DNA from: a virus
IMG/VR virus record: IMGVR_UViG_3300036851_000172
Coordinates: 1 to 64,000 of that record
Length of the DNA: 64,000 nt
Reading direction: 5' to 3' (one strand)
Both the position numbers and the translations under genes were made by a program. This document shows positions 47,991-57,029 of the stretch, in pieces. Numbering within the stretch: position 1 is the stretch's first letter; every line of letters begins with the position of its first letter. The notes beneath the pieces were generated by a model that was not told the origin of the DNA, searched no databases, and saw nothing but the letters and a program-made list of their open reading frames with translations.

Positions 47991-48816
47991 GCAGTCTACT
48001 GAAATGTCGAACTCACGCGGCGGACGGCAACGGCTGGCCTACGCGCGCTGTTATCACTTCGCATAGTTCCGGCAGCACGCGGTCGCCGTATTCGACGCGG
48101 AGATAGTCAGCAGCAACACCAGCGACGACACAGGCCGCTTCATCGAGGCCAAGCCCGCGCTCCATGGCGCGATGGATGGCGTCTGAAACCTCGTTCGCGA
48201 GGTCATTTGGAATCGGCCCGGTCACGATCTCGAATTCTGTCACGGCTACCTCCGAAAATTGCAGTCTGACGCACTGCTATAGGTTCACGCGGCACTCTTC
48301 TTTGGCACAGACTTCGCCGAGCGGACCCACTTTCTCGGGTCGGTGATCTCGTCATAGCGCCGCGAGCACGGACCGCACAGGTCGAGAATGCCGTGCATGA
48401 GGGTGACGTCCTTGCGCGGGTCTTCGATGCAAACCTTGCGCTTTCGATTGTCCGTCCTGATCTCATCATCGCAGCCGTCGCAAAATTCCTTCGTTGCCAT
48501 TTACCTCTCCTATCGGTCACGACGCATGTGTGAGTGCGCGCTCGAGCCCGGCCACGTCGTCGGCGAGCATCCGCACGAAGGACGTGCGCTCGGGATATCG
48601 CGCGCAGATATCAAGGCTCATCCGCACGCGCCCGCTGCGCAGATGACGAGCGGCGGCCAAGCGCTCAAGCGGGGGCGGCACCAAGCCGTGAACTCCTGGT
48701 GCGTCCTATTTACGTCCCACGACGGGAGTTCCGCGTCCGTTCGCGTGGCGCAAAGCGCTGAAATGTCGGTGGTGGACGTTCCGGATATATATGGCGGTTT
48801 CAGCATTTTCAAAGCC

Positions 48817-49788
48817 TTAGCTTTCCCTACGGAGGGGTATAATTTCCCCCGGTTCGCGGGGTGTTCTGTCGAGGTGAATCACGGCCGCCATGGCGTTGAG
48901 GCGCTGTTCCGAGAAGCGCGTGTAGCGCTTTACCATCTGCTCGGACATCCCGATCATGTCGGATATCTGCCTGGTGTTGGCGCCTGCCCGCAGGAGCCGT
49001 ACACAGGCGGTGCCGCGTAGTCCGTGCATCACGAGGCCTTCCTCAGCTTCCGGCCCCAGCGCTTCCTGCCGCAGGGGCGCCAGCGCGTTGTTCGTATCGC
49101 GCTCGTGCGCCCACATCCCGGTCAGGCGCCGACGTGTCCATGGCTTGCCGGCGGGGTGAAGGAGGATGAAGCCCGGCCGACGCTCCCAAGTTGCCAAGGC
49201 CTTGATCAGTGTTTCGGTAAACGGCACCCAAACCTGTTTCTTGGTCTTCTTCTGGGTGACATTGATTCCGGGGTGCCCCTCGTAGTCCTCAATGTCGGTC
49301 CAGCGCATCTTGACCAGATCGGAGCCCCGCTGCCCGGTGTTGGCAGCAAGAGTGATCGCGCGGCTGAGGGCTTCGCGGGCGTGAGTTTCACCCAGAAACA
49401 CCTGTTCATCGGTCCAAGGGATGTGGCCGCCGTCCGACCCCTCAGCCTCACATCCGTAGGTGATAGGATGCGGCAGCAAATCCCGCACCAGCGCCCACTT
49501 TTCGCAGCGCCGCAACGCCGATAGTGCCGCTTCCTGCTTCGCGGGCCACTCGGCCAGCCCGTCAAGATAGGCCTGGATGATGGAGGGCCGCATTTCGTGG
49601 ACGAAATAGGCGCCGAGCGTGTCGGGCCGTTCGGCCAAGCGCAGCTCGCGTCCCCACAGATCGCGGGTCGCCTCCGCATACTTCGTCCATTTCGGATTCT
49701 GCTCCGACATGAAGGCTTTGATCACGGCTGCAAATCGTCCCTTCACGACCCTACCTGCGCGTTTCCGCGGCTGCTCGTCTTGTGGCAT
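48817..49788 (-). CDS. int: Tyrosine recombinase / phage integrase (phage B)
   Basis: Same length and motifs as 2616..3587; highly similar with many synonymous changes. Confidence 0.93.
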   Translation of the reverse strand: MPQDEQPRKRAGRVVKGRFAAVIKAFMSEQNPKWTKYAEATRDLWGRELRLAERPDTLGAYFVHEMRPSIIQAYLDGLAEWPAKQEAALSALRRCEKWALVRDLLPHPITYGCEAEGSDGGHIPWTDEQVFLGETHAREALSRAITLAANTGQRGSDLVKMRWTDIEDYEGHPGINVTQKKTKKQVWVPFTETLIKALATWERRPGFILLHPAGKPWTRRRLTGMWAHERDTNNALAPLRQEALGPEAEEGLVMHGLRGTACVRLLRAGANTRQISDMIGMSEQMVKRYTRFSEQRLNAMAAVIHLDRTPREPGEIIPLRRES

Positions 49789-49999
49789 CTCGCACCCGAT
49801 CGGCTGATAAAACGGGCGATAGTGTCACGATGGATTGTCGACGGCTAGCCAGCGCCTCCCGAATAATGTGGAGGATCTGGCCATTGATGCTGCGGCATTC
49901 GTCGCGCGCCCACTCCTCGAGCGCGGCGCGATCGTCCGGAGTCATGTAGACGTGGGCCTCAGACGTCCGACCTGGTTCCTTGCGCGGTTTGGTGGTCAT
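49751..49999 (-). CDS. Arc-like RHH protein (phage B)
   Basis: RSINGQILHIIREAL; paralogue of 3550..3828. Confidence 0.7.
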   Translation of the reverse strand: MTTKPRKEPGRTSEAHVYMTPDDRAALEEWARDECRSINGQILHIIREALASRRQSIVTLSPVLSADRVRDATRRAAAETRR

Positions 50000-50122
50000 G
50001 GCATCAACTCGTCGATCATCGCCAAGGCGGCACAGCCGCGTTCCTCACGACCAACCACACGATTGCCGCCCCGATGAGGGCGCCGATCGCCATCGGCAGG
50101 AGCAGATACCAGATCGGAATGG

Positions 50123-50506
50123 TCATCGTCGCCATAGTGGTTTGCCGCTGTCCCGCCAATAGGCGCCGCCGGCAAGCGGCCGCTTGATCCCTGACGCATA
50201 CGTCCCCGGCAACGGCCGCCATTGCACCGACTTGATTCCCCGATGCAGTGCTCGCAACCGATCCGACTTCGCCCGGTTGGATGCTTCATCACCCGTCTTG
50301 CCACGATGGCAACGGATGTGGGCTGGTGCCAGATTGTCGAAGGTGTCCGAGCCTCCGAGCCATAACGGCTTGACGTGCTCTACCTCCCAACGCTCTCCGC
50401 ATTCGACGAAGATCTTCGTCTGGCAGATGTGACAGAGTCCGCGGGCGGCATCGAAGATGAGGACTTTCTGTGCACGGGTGAGGCGACGGCGTTGCATGTC
50501 AGTCAA
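50123..50506 (-). CDS. Small HNH endonuclease
   Basis: CHIC...EHVKPLWLGGSD..DNL..AH..CH..KT. Confidence 0.85.
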   Translation of the reverse strand: MTDMQRRRLTRAQKVLIFDAARGLCHICQTKIFVECGERWEVEHVKPLWLGGSDTFDNLAPAHIRCHRGKTGDEASNRAKSDRLRALHRGIKSVQWRPLPGTYASGIKRPLAGGAYWRDSGKPLWRR

Positions 50507-51839
50507 ACGTTTCGATGTTGTAGCGCATGCGCTGAAACGGATTCGGTTTGCTGCCTTGCGGACAGATCGCGATGTTTGCTTCCAGGCCGTCGATGCTCAC
50601 GCGTGCGCCTTGCATGTCGAGCCCGGGCTCAAGTCCAAGGAACTGAAACGGCAGGTCGCATTGCGAGCATTTGATCGTGATTTCAGCCATGAAGCCGCCG
50701 ATGTCTTCGAGCCGTGCGACGGCGACCTTGGCGTGGAAGTTTTCGTGCTTGCAGGTCATTCGGCTGCCTCCAGCAGATCGTCACCGCGCTTATATCTGAT
50801 CGCCTCACGTCCTTCGTTGGTGATGACGTATCCGTCTTTGACGAGACGAAGCATCCCATGCGGATGCACCAGGCTGCGATAGATACCGGTCGGAATATGA
50901 GGATCACGTTCCATCACTGAACCATTGGCAGCTACAAGGAGGACGAGGCGCTGTGGCGTGGTGAGCTTCGGGCGTTGGCTCACCTCAAAAGCTCCCGAAA
51001 CTCATGATGGCGACGATCGCGCCGACAAGGACGACAGCGTACAAGATGCGCTCCCGTCTCTTGCGATGAGCGATGATCGGTTCCTGCTTGTAGTAGCGCT
51101 CAGGGAACCGTTGCATCGGCGGCGGGACTCCCCAGTTGCGATGGGTCATCTTAACATCTCCTCCGGATGCAGCGTCTCCTCGATCAGGTCGAGCGCGCGT
51201 TTAATGACCGGGTCCGACTTGACCGGCGCGAGCTGTGCCTGCAGGACACGCAGGACGTCACGGTAATTGCAGCAATCGGCGAAGAGCCCGGTCCACGCAT
51301 TCACCGCGACGCACACGCGGGATGCGACGAATGGCGATGTGAAATCGATGGTGTTGCCGTTGGCGTCCTTGACGTCGACGCAGTGGTCGAGACCGGGATG
51401 GCGTTCGACAGCGCGCCACGGAGTCTTACCGACGGTGGAATCCGGTTGGGTATTTGCTGGGGTCACCCGCGAGCCGTGTACGTGTGTTACAGTCATGGGT
51501 CACCTGTGGTCTCGGTTTGACGATCCGCCGAGGACATGAATCCGCTCAGCAGCGCGGGTGTCGTGGCCGGTGAGACTAGGACATCACCAGCCACGACACT
51601 TGCCGCCCTCTGTCCAACTGCCGTGAGATGCTCGCCCATGCGGCGGGCAAATGCAGAGGCCTCGTGGCCTTCATTCTTCGAGTGGTTGTAGCGCAAGCCG
51701 CAGGTGCAGGTGATTCGCGTTTGCCAGCGGTCATGTCACGACCACCCCAGTATGATCTGAACTGCCATCACCACGTTCACGCATCCCGCCAGCATGAGAG
51801 CGGACGAGACCAGAGCGACGGTGTTGAGAGCGGCAGCGG

Positions 51840-52217
51840 TCATTGCTGTGCCGTCGCCTCTTCGGCCTCGGCCATCGGTGCCGGCTTGACCAATCGCGGC
51901 GGTCCATCGAGCGCCGCGGCCTTCTCCTTTAGTTTTGCCAGAGTTTCCGCCAGCGCATCGCGGGCGATCCTGGTGACGGCTTGTCGGCGCTTGACCTCGG
52001 TGAGATGGTGCTCGGCGTCGGCGGCCTCGCCCGCGAGCATGTTGTCGGTCTCGTCCAGCTCCTTGATGTGGTTGGAGAGAAATGTTTGGACGCGATCGAT
52101 CGAGTAGTCGGCCGGCTGTGGCGCGAATTCCGCGGCGGGGTGCTCCAATGGGGCGACGTTGCGCAACTGCGTTTCGACGTCACGGTGCCAGTCGGGATTT
52201 CGCTTGCGTTTGAACAT
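51840..52217 (-). CDS. Coiled-coil hypothetical protein
   Basis: 125-aa ORF with GGAG RBS. Confidence 0.6.
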   Translation of the reverse strand: MFKRKRNPDWHRDVETQLRNVAPLEHPAAEFAPQPADYSIDRVQTFLSNHIKELDETDNMLAGEAADAEHHLTEVKRRQAVTRIARDALAETLAKLKEKAAALDGPPRLVKPAPMAEAEEATAQQ

Positions 52218-52616
52218 TGGCGCGCTCTCCGGTTTGGGTTGATGGGTTACGCGTCACGATCTGTAGATTCACCAGGACGATCGAAGGGGCTATGTGCGCC
52301 GCCGTCCGCGATCATGAGCAGCGCGGCGACGAAGGCGCTGAGCGCGATGAGCGCGATGAGCGCGGCGAGGTCCTCGGCGATCCAGCGGATCATGACTTCA
52401 AAGCCTCCCGACATTCCGCGCAAACGGGGCGCTCGAATTTTAGACTGGCGTAGAGCAGCTTCCGGAACGCCTCTGCATCCAGACCGTGTGCCTCGGCGTG
52501 CGCAGCCGTCAGCAACTCCATGGATGCGGTCGATGGATCGAAGTAATAGGCGAGGCGCGGATCATGTTTGATCCGCTGCAGCAGGTGGCTGATGGCCTTG
52601 TGGGCGGCGGCGCTCA

Positions 52617-52904
52617 TCACGCGGCCTCCGATGTGCAATTGAACGCGCCCTTGCCGTGGCTCTTACCGCCGCAAGCGCACTCACACTTCATGATGCGCCC
52701 GGTTGCGTTGATGCAACGGGCGTCGCATTCGTGCTTGGAGGCGAAGGGCTTGTACTCGACGCGGCGGGTTGCGCGGTGCGAAGTCATCGCCGGCGAGAAG
52801 CCCCAGAAATTTTCCGGCTTGGTTTGGAGCGAGCCGTCATGCCAAACGCGGGATAGCTCGATGGTCTGACCGTTCACGTCCGCGAAGTATTTGATGTTCG
52901 CCAT
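52617..52904 (-). CDS. Cys-rich hypothetical protein
   Basis: HECDARCINATG..M.CECACGGKSHG. Confidence 0.7.
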   Translation of the reverse strand: MANIKYFADVNGQTIELSRVWHDGSLQTKPENFWGFSPAMTSHRATRRVEYKPFASKHECDARCINATGRIMKCECACGGKSHGKGAFNCTSEAA

Positions 52905-52923
52905 GGCTGACCCCGTTGTTCGA

Positions 52924-53145
52924 TCACCGCCGCCGGACCGCGCCGGCCGAGGCGAAGGAGAGCGTCTCAAACTGAGGCTTGTCCTGCGCGGCGAGCATCC
53001 GAAGGCAGAAGGAACAAGTGACTTCGGCGCGGTTGTCGGTGAGGTTCATTCCGCCCGACAGCACCCGGATCCGATTGCAGAGCGTGCCGTTGACGGTGCC
53101 GCCGAACACGCCGGGCCGAACCTTCTGCATATGCGTCTTGGTCAT
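52924..53145 (-). CDS. First gene of phage B leftward operon (paralogue of 7411..7650)
   Basis: Near-identical protein; GGAGG RBS upstream. Confidence 0.75.
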   Translation of the reverse strand: MTKTHMQKVRPGVFGGTVNGTLCNRIRVLSGGMNLTDNRAEVTCSFCLRMLAAQDKPQFETLSFASAGAVRRR

Positions 53146-53213
53146 GTTGCCCATCCCGGCCTCCCCTTGGGGTTCTTCCCAGTTCCTATCTGATGATGTT
53201 GTTATAGGCCCTT

Positions 53214-53241
53214 ACAGAAAGTCTGTCAACAGAATTTCTGT
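53214..53241. promoter_or_regulatory. OL operators of phage B overlapping a leftward TTGACA
   Basis: ACAGAAAGTCTGT 53214-53226 and ACAGAATTTCTGT 53229-53241. Confidence 0.8.
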
Positions 53242-53310
53242 TAATCTATACACAAGATAATTCCCGTGGCGGAAATGCCACAGGTTTCACAGGTCAAAAT
53301 TTAAGATGGA

Positions 53311-53715
53311 TCAGCGTTTGGCTTGGGCTGGCGGCCGGAAATCGCCGTTGAGTTCCGGGAATGGAACGTGGGCCTGTTGGTCGCAGTGCCATGCGATATT
53401 GGAATTTACGACCTCCGGCGGCCTGCCGTCGTCATAGATGCCGATCAAGTCGTCCTTCTCGCCCGTATAACCGCCGAACCCGCCCTTAGCGTTCAGGCGG
53501 ACGCAGACGTGCCACATCATCCCCATGTGCCGGACCGGTGCGGCGACGCTGGCGTTCTTGATGCTGTCCGGGTCTTTCCATAGGCGACCCTTATTGGCGA
53601 GGATGATGGCCTTGGCATCGGGTGGGGCGACCGCCGCTGCATCGCTATCCGTCGATGTGCGGCACGCTGCCGCACCGGCGGCCAGGCAGGCGATGAAACA
53701 GATTCGCCTGATCAC
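53311..53715 (-). CDS. Putative lipoprotein co-transcribed with cI
   Basis: Signal peptide with AAAC lipobox-like motif; KDPDS and VC..LNAK..FGGYTG. Confidence 0.75.
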   Translation of the reverse strand: MIRRICFIACLAAGAAACRTSTDSDAAAVAPPDAKAIILANKGRLWKDPDSIKNASVAAPVRHMGMMWHVCVRLNAKGGFGGYTGEKDDLIGIYDDGRPPEVVNSNIAWHCDQQAHVPFPELNGDFRPPAQAKR

Positions 53716-54056
53716 CTGCGTCTCCTAGATTGCGGCCCGCTGGTCGCCAGTGCCTGAAGCACCTCGATCGCCGTAGCTCGCCGTTCGGCCGGAATCGATT
53801 TCACGAGCGCTACAAGCTCGTCGCCGGTCACTGTTGCGCGCTTGTCGCCCTCACCGGTCAGTAGCCAACCGGCTGAGACGTTGAAGGCCTTCGCGTACAG
53901 CTCTGCCGCATCTTGCGGGATTTTGGCGGTCTGGCCGTTCTCGTGTGACGCGTAGGTCGAAGGGTGCCAGCGATGCCGCAGTGCCGCCGACCGCGCTGAG
54001 CGGAATCCAGCCTCTATTCGGGCTGTCCGGAGCCGATCTTTTGGGAGTTCCGCCAT
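53712..54056 (-). CDS. CI-like XRE repressor (phage B)
   Basis: RL..AR..AGF.SA..AA....W..STYASHENG...YAKAFNVS..WLLTGEG. Confidence 0.85.
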   Translation of the reverse strand: MAELPKDRLRTARIEAGFRSARSAALRHRWHPSTYASHENGQTAKIPQDAAELYAKAFNVSAGWLLTGEGDKRATVTGDELVALVKSIPAERRATAIEVLQALATSGPQSRRRR

Positions 54057-54082
54057 GCCCGCGAGTTTTCCACGGGACATTA

Positions 54083-54124
54083 ACAGAAATCCTGTTGACT
54101 GACTTAACAGAAGTTCTGTAGATT
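54083..54124 (+). promoter_or_regulatory. OR operators and PR of phage B
   Basis: ACAGAAATCCTGT 54083-54095, ACAGAAGTTCTGT 54107-54119; TTGACT-18-TAGATT. Confidence 0.8.
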
Positions 54125-54132
54125 GCGATTCG

Positions 54133-54384
54133 ATGAACACGGACGCCTCACATCATACGGTCGCTGACGTGATCGACGCCTTCGGTGGCAACACCGGCTT
54201 TGCCCGGCTGCTCGCGCTCAAGAACCCATCGAACGCCAGCGAGATGCGTCGGTCCGGGTCGATCCATGTGCGTTATTGGCCGGCGATCATTGATGAGGCG
54301 CGGAAGCGCGGCCCCGAGCTGGATTGGATTACGGCGGATGCGTTGATGTTCATGCACGCGCCGCAAGCCGAGGCCGCGCAATGA
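54133..54384 (+). CDS. Cro-like protein (phage B)
   Basis: VIDAFGG...FARLL...ASEM.R.GSI...YW..II. Confidence 0.8.
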   Translation: MNTDASHHTVADVIDAFGGNTGFARLLALKNPSNASEMRRSGSIHVRYWPAIIDEARKRGPELDWITADALMFMHAPQAEAAQ

Positions 54385-54386
54385 CA

Positions 54387-54641
54387 TCAGTGCAAGTTCG
54401 CATCGATGCCATTGATGGTGGGCGCCCGGCAGTTGGCGATCTCCTGCCACGATCGTCGCTGATCCTCCTCCAAGCCGATCAGTGGTCTGGTCAACGCGCC
54501 GACGATGCGACGTTGCCAGATGCCATTCAAACGGAACCAGTCCCACATCAAAAATCGGACCAATGGGCCGATCACGTAGCACTCGCTCATCGAGTGACAG
54601 TGAATTTCGGGATAGTTTCCGTCGTCGATCACAGGCTCCAT
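54387..54641 (-). CDS. Hypothetical protein convergent with cro (homologue of 8651..8923)
   Basis: GGAGG RBS; MEPVIDDGNYPEI...CYVIGPLVRFLMWDWF..NGIWQRR. Confidence 0.8.
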   Translation of the reverse strand: MEPVIDDGNYPEIHCHSMSECYVIGPLVRFLMWDWFRLNGIWQRRIVGALTRPLIGLEEDQRRSWQEIANCRAPTINGIDANLH

Positions 54642-55129
54642 GCGGTTGTCCCTCCGGTACGCACATCCACCGGTAAACAATGTACACAGAGGTGCTGTGA
54701 TAAGAACATAGGCAATCTGACACCATTGCCGTACGCTGTGGATTGTGCGCTGTTCCAATACGGAACCGGGCATTCCCTGATTGACAAATCGAACTTTCCA
54801 GTTCGGCACCGCGTGGGTGTAGCCCCCATCCGCAGCGGTGGGTGTGAGCCGGCGGTGACTCTGGCTTCCCGCGGTGCCGAAACCGTTTCAGCGTTGCGTC
54901 GCGTTCCTCCTGTTGGTGGCGCGTGCGCTCGCGTTGGCTCAGAGCGCCCGTCCCAACAGGAAAGGAACACAACGTCGCCGCGACGGGCAAACTGCGGCGC
55001 GGCCGATGGGTACGCGGGACAGTCGTCCCGACCGGCCGCGCCGCGTTCTTCCCTGATGGGAGTCGGGGGAGACGAGGCATCAGGGAATCCGTTGTTGTTG
55101 TCGTGTGTGTCGCGTGGGGGCGTTGCGTC

Positions 55130-55387
55130 ATGTCGAGCGAATCACTATCGAGTTCAGTTCCGGGAACAAGCGCAAAGAGGGGACAGTCTCGTCCCCGTAG
55201 GGACAAAATTGTCCCTCGCAAATTTGGGGCCGTCGCCAAGGTCTTATGGACCAAGCCGGCGGCCGTCATCGCCCACATCGCGGGATGCGACGTGCGAACC
55301 GGCAAGCGCATCTTGCGCGGCGAGGCGCCGATTCCCGTCATCGTCTTGCTGGAGGCCTGCAACGAGATGGTGCGCCCGCAGGAATGA
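55130..55387 (+). CDS. CII-position HTH-like regulator (phage B)
   Basis: KPAAVIAHIAGCDVRTGKRILRGE HTH-like segment. Confidence 0.65.
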   Translation: MSSESLSSSVPGTSAKRGQSRPRRDKIVPRKFGAVAKVLWTKPAAVIAHIAGCDVRTGKRILRGEAPIPVIVLLEACNEMVRPQE

Positions 55388-55921
55388 CCAGCGGCAACCG
55401 GGTTACAGCCGCCCGGCGCGTGTGGCCCCGAACGTGGAAAATTCGGGGCGCGCAATTTCACGGTACCCAGAGCGCATGAGCGCAAATCCCGGAGGCCGCA
55501 AGCCGAAGGGGCTGACAGGAACGGCGAGCGCGAGCGCTGTCCTGTCGGCGGATTATCTCGCGCCAGCCGACCCGGCGGCTGTTGAGGGCGTCTGCGGACG
55601 TGAGCCACCGGCGCTCCCATTCCTAGCGAACGCGCAATTGATCTGTGGCCCTATGAAGGAACCGACCCGCCGGGCTGTGGAGAGTATGAAACGTTGCGCT
55701 AGTAGGCTCGCTGCCGGGCGAACGGCAGTAGCGGTCGGAACGTCGGTTGTCGCCGACCGCACCCATTCCTTCCGAGGCCCTACGTCAACCGCCGTATTAG
55801 CCATTCAGGGACGGCCCGCGACCGAAAAGGCCTCGGCTCAGGCGTCGCCTGAATCAGGAGACGCCGGGCGGATGCAGGACCGATGCGTGTCCATCCGCCC
55901 ACCTTTCATCCGAGGTGCCTC
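55388..55921 (+). ncRNA. Candidate structured non-coding RNA (about ten consecutive hairpins)
   Basis: No credible CDS; stems such as GCTGACAGGA/TCCTGTCGGC, GCGGTCGG/CCGACCGC, CCGAGGCC/GGCCTCGG, GGGCGGATG/CATCCGCCC. Confidence 0.5.
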
Positions 55922-56393
55922 ATGAGCGACGGCACGTACAAAGACTTCCTCTGCGAATACCCGTTCGACGGATCCACGTGGTCGTTCACGATCAAGGCCC
56001 GCGACCATGTGGAAGCGGAGGAACGGATCCGCCGCATGTGCTGGGCGGATGTGAAGGGTGAGATCTGTGCCGTCATTCCGGCATCGGTTCCGGGCGCCGG
56101 CTTGTTCGTCCGCGCGACCTGCTGGCTGCGGAACACGTTCGTGCGAGGTGCGGCATGAGCCAACTGCTCGCGATCTACCTCGTCATCGGCGGCATGCTCT
56201 GGCTCTTGTCCGAGATGCTGATGGGCGCCACGCGCGTGGCGTACCTTGAGCGGCTCGATAAAGGCTATTCGGTTGGCTACGTGCGTGCGGTTGCCGTAGT
56301 CGCCATCAGCCTCATCATCGTGTGCTGGCCCATGATTTACGTCGCCGCGATCGTGGGGACTGTCAGGGCGCTGTTGCGAGGTGAGACAACCTG

Positions 56394-57029
56394 ATGACGT
56401 CCCTTTCTCGATCGGAGAGACTCATGAAAACTGAGACAGCAATCGGCGCAGCTATGGAGCGGGCCGGCTTCAATTCCGCGCAGTTGCGGCTACGCCAGGC
56501 CGGTCTGGATGCGCTCAGAAAGCATCATCGCAACATAGGGCGTGCGGTTCCGACGCTGGAAATCGTCGTCGAAGACGATCCCGAACTGATCGGCGAGTTG
56601 GTGCTGAATTATCTTTGCGGTCTCGACGCCGAGGCCAACGGCGGCGGCCGCCCATGCACTGGTGACCAGACATCTGGTGCCGCCGCTCGCAACGGGGCGG
56701 GCCAGGCGTTTGATGCTCACCCGACGGGAAGTGCCCGCCCCGTTCGCGAACCCTCGGCCTCCGATCGTGCCGCGGCCAGCCGCGTCGCTGCGCAGATCGC
56801 TGTGACGATATTCGATCGCGCGAAGACTGCCGACGGCCGCCCCTGGGGCAACGTCGGTGCTCACGAGCTTGATGGCATGGACCGCGACGGCGCGCTTGCG
56901 CGGGCGGTCAAGGCGCGACTGGGGCAACTCTCGAATCGCCAGCGTTTCCAGACATTGCGCGAGTTGATGGCGCCCGATGCCTTCGAGGCGTGCGTCGATG
57001 AGTTGCGGGAGCAATCGCATGACGCGTAA
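56394..57029 (+). CDS. Hypothetical protein carrying two guide-like units in a central linker
   Basis: 211-aa ORF overlapping the start of the Tas-like gene; G/A-rich linker at 56641-56744 coincides with the units. Confidence 0.7.
   Translation: MTSLSRSERLMKTETAIGAAMERAGFNSAQLRLRQAGLDALRKHHRNIGRAVPTLEIVVEDDPELIGELVLNYLCGLDAEANGGGRPCTGDQTSGAAARNGAGQAFDAHPTGSARPVREPSASDRAAASRVAAQIAVTIFDRAKTADGRPWGNVGAHELDGMDRDGALARAVKARLGQLSNRQRFQTLRELMAPDAFEACVDELREQSHDA
56641..56744 (+). ncRNA. TIGR-like stem-loop guide units U1 (56641-56686) and U2 (56691-56744)
   Basis: gcggcgg-CCG-cccatgcac-TG-gtga-CCA-gacatctgg-TG-ccgccgc; aacggggcggg-CCA-ggcgtttga-TG-ctca-CCC-gacgggaag-TG-cccgccccgtt. Confidence 0.85.

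Noticed and set aside
54148-55925. Long ORFs 54148..55620 (-, 490 aa) and 54324..55925 (+, 533 aa)
   Set aside because: R/P/A/S-rich translations with no motifs, overlapping better-supported genes (cro, 54387..54641, 55130..55387); typical GC-rich shadow ORFs.
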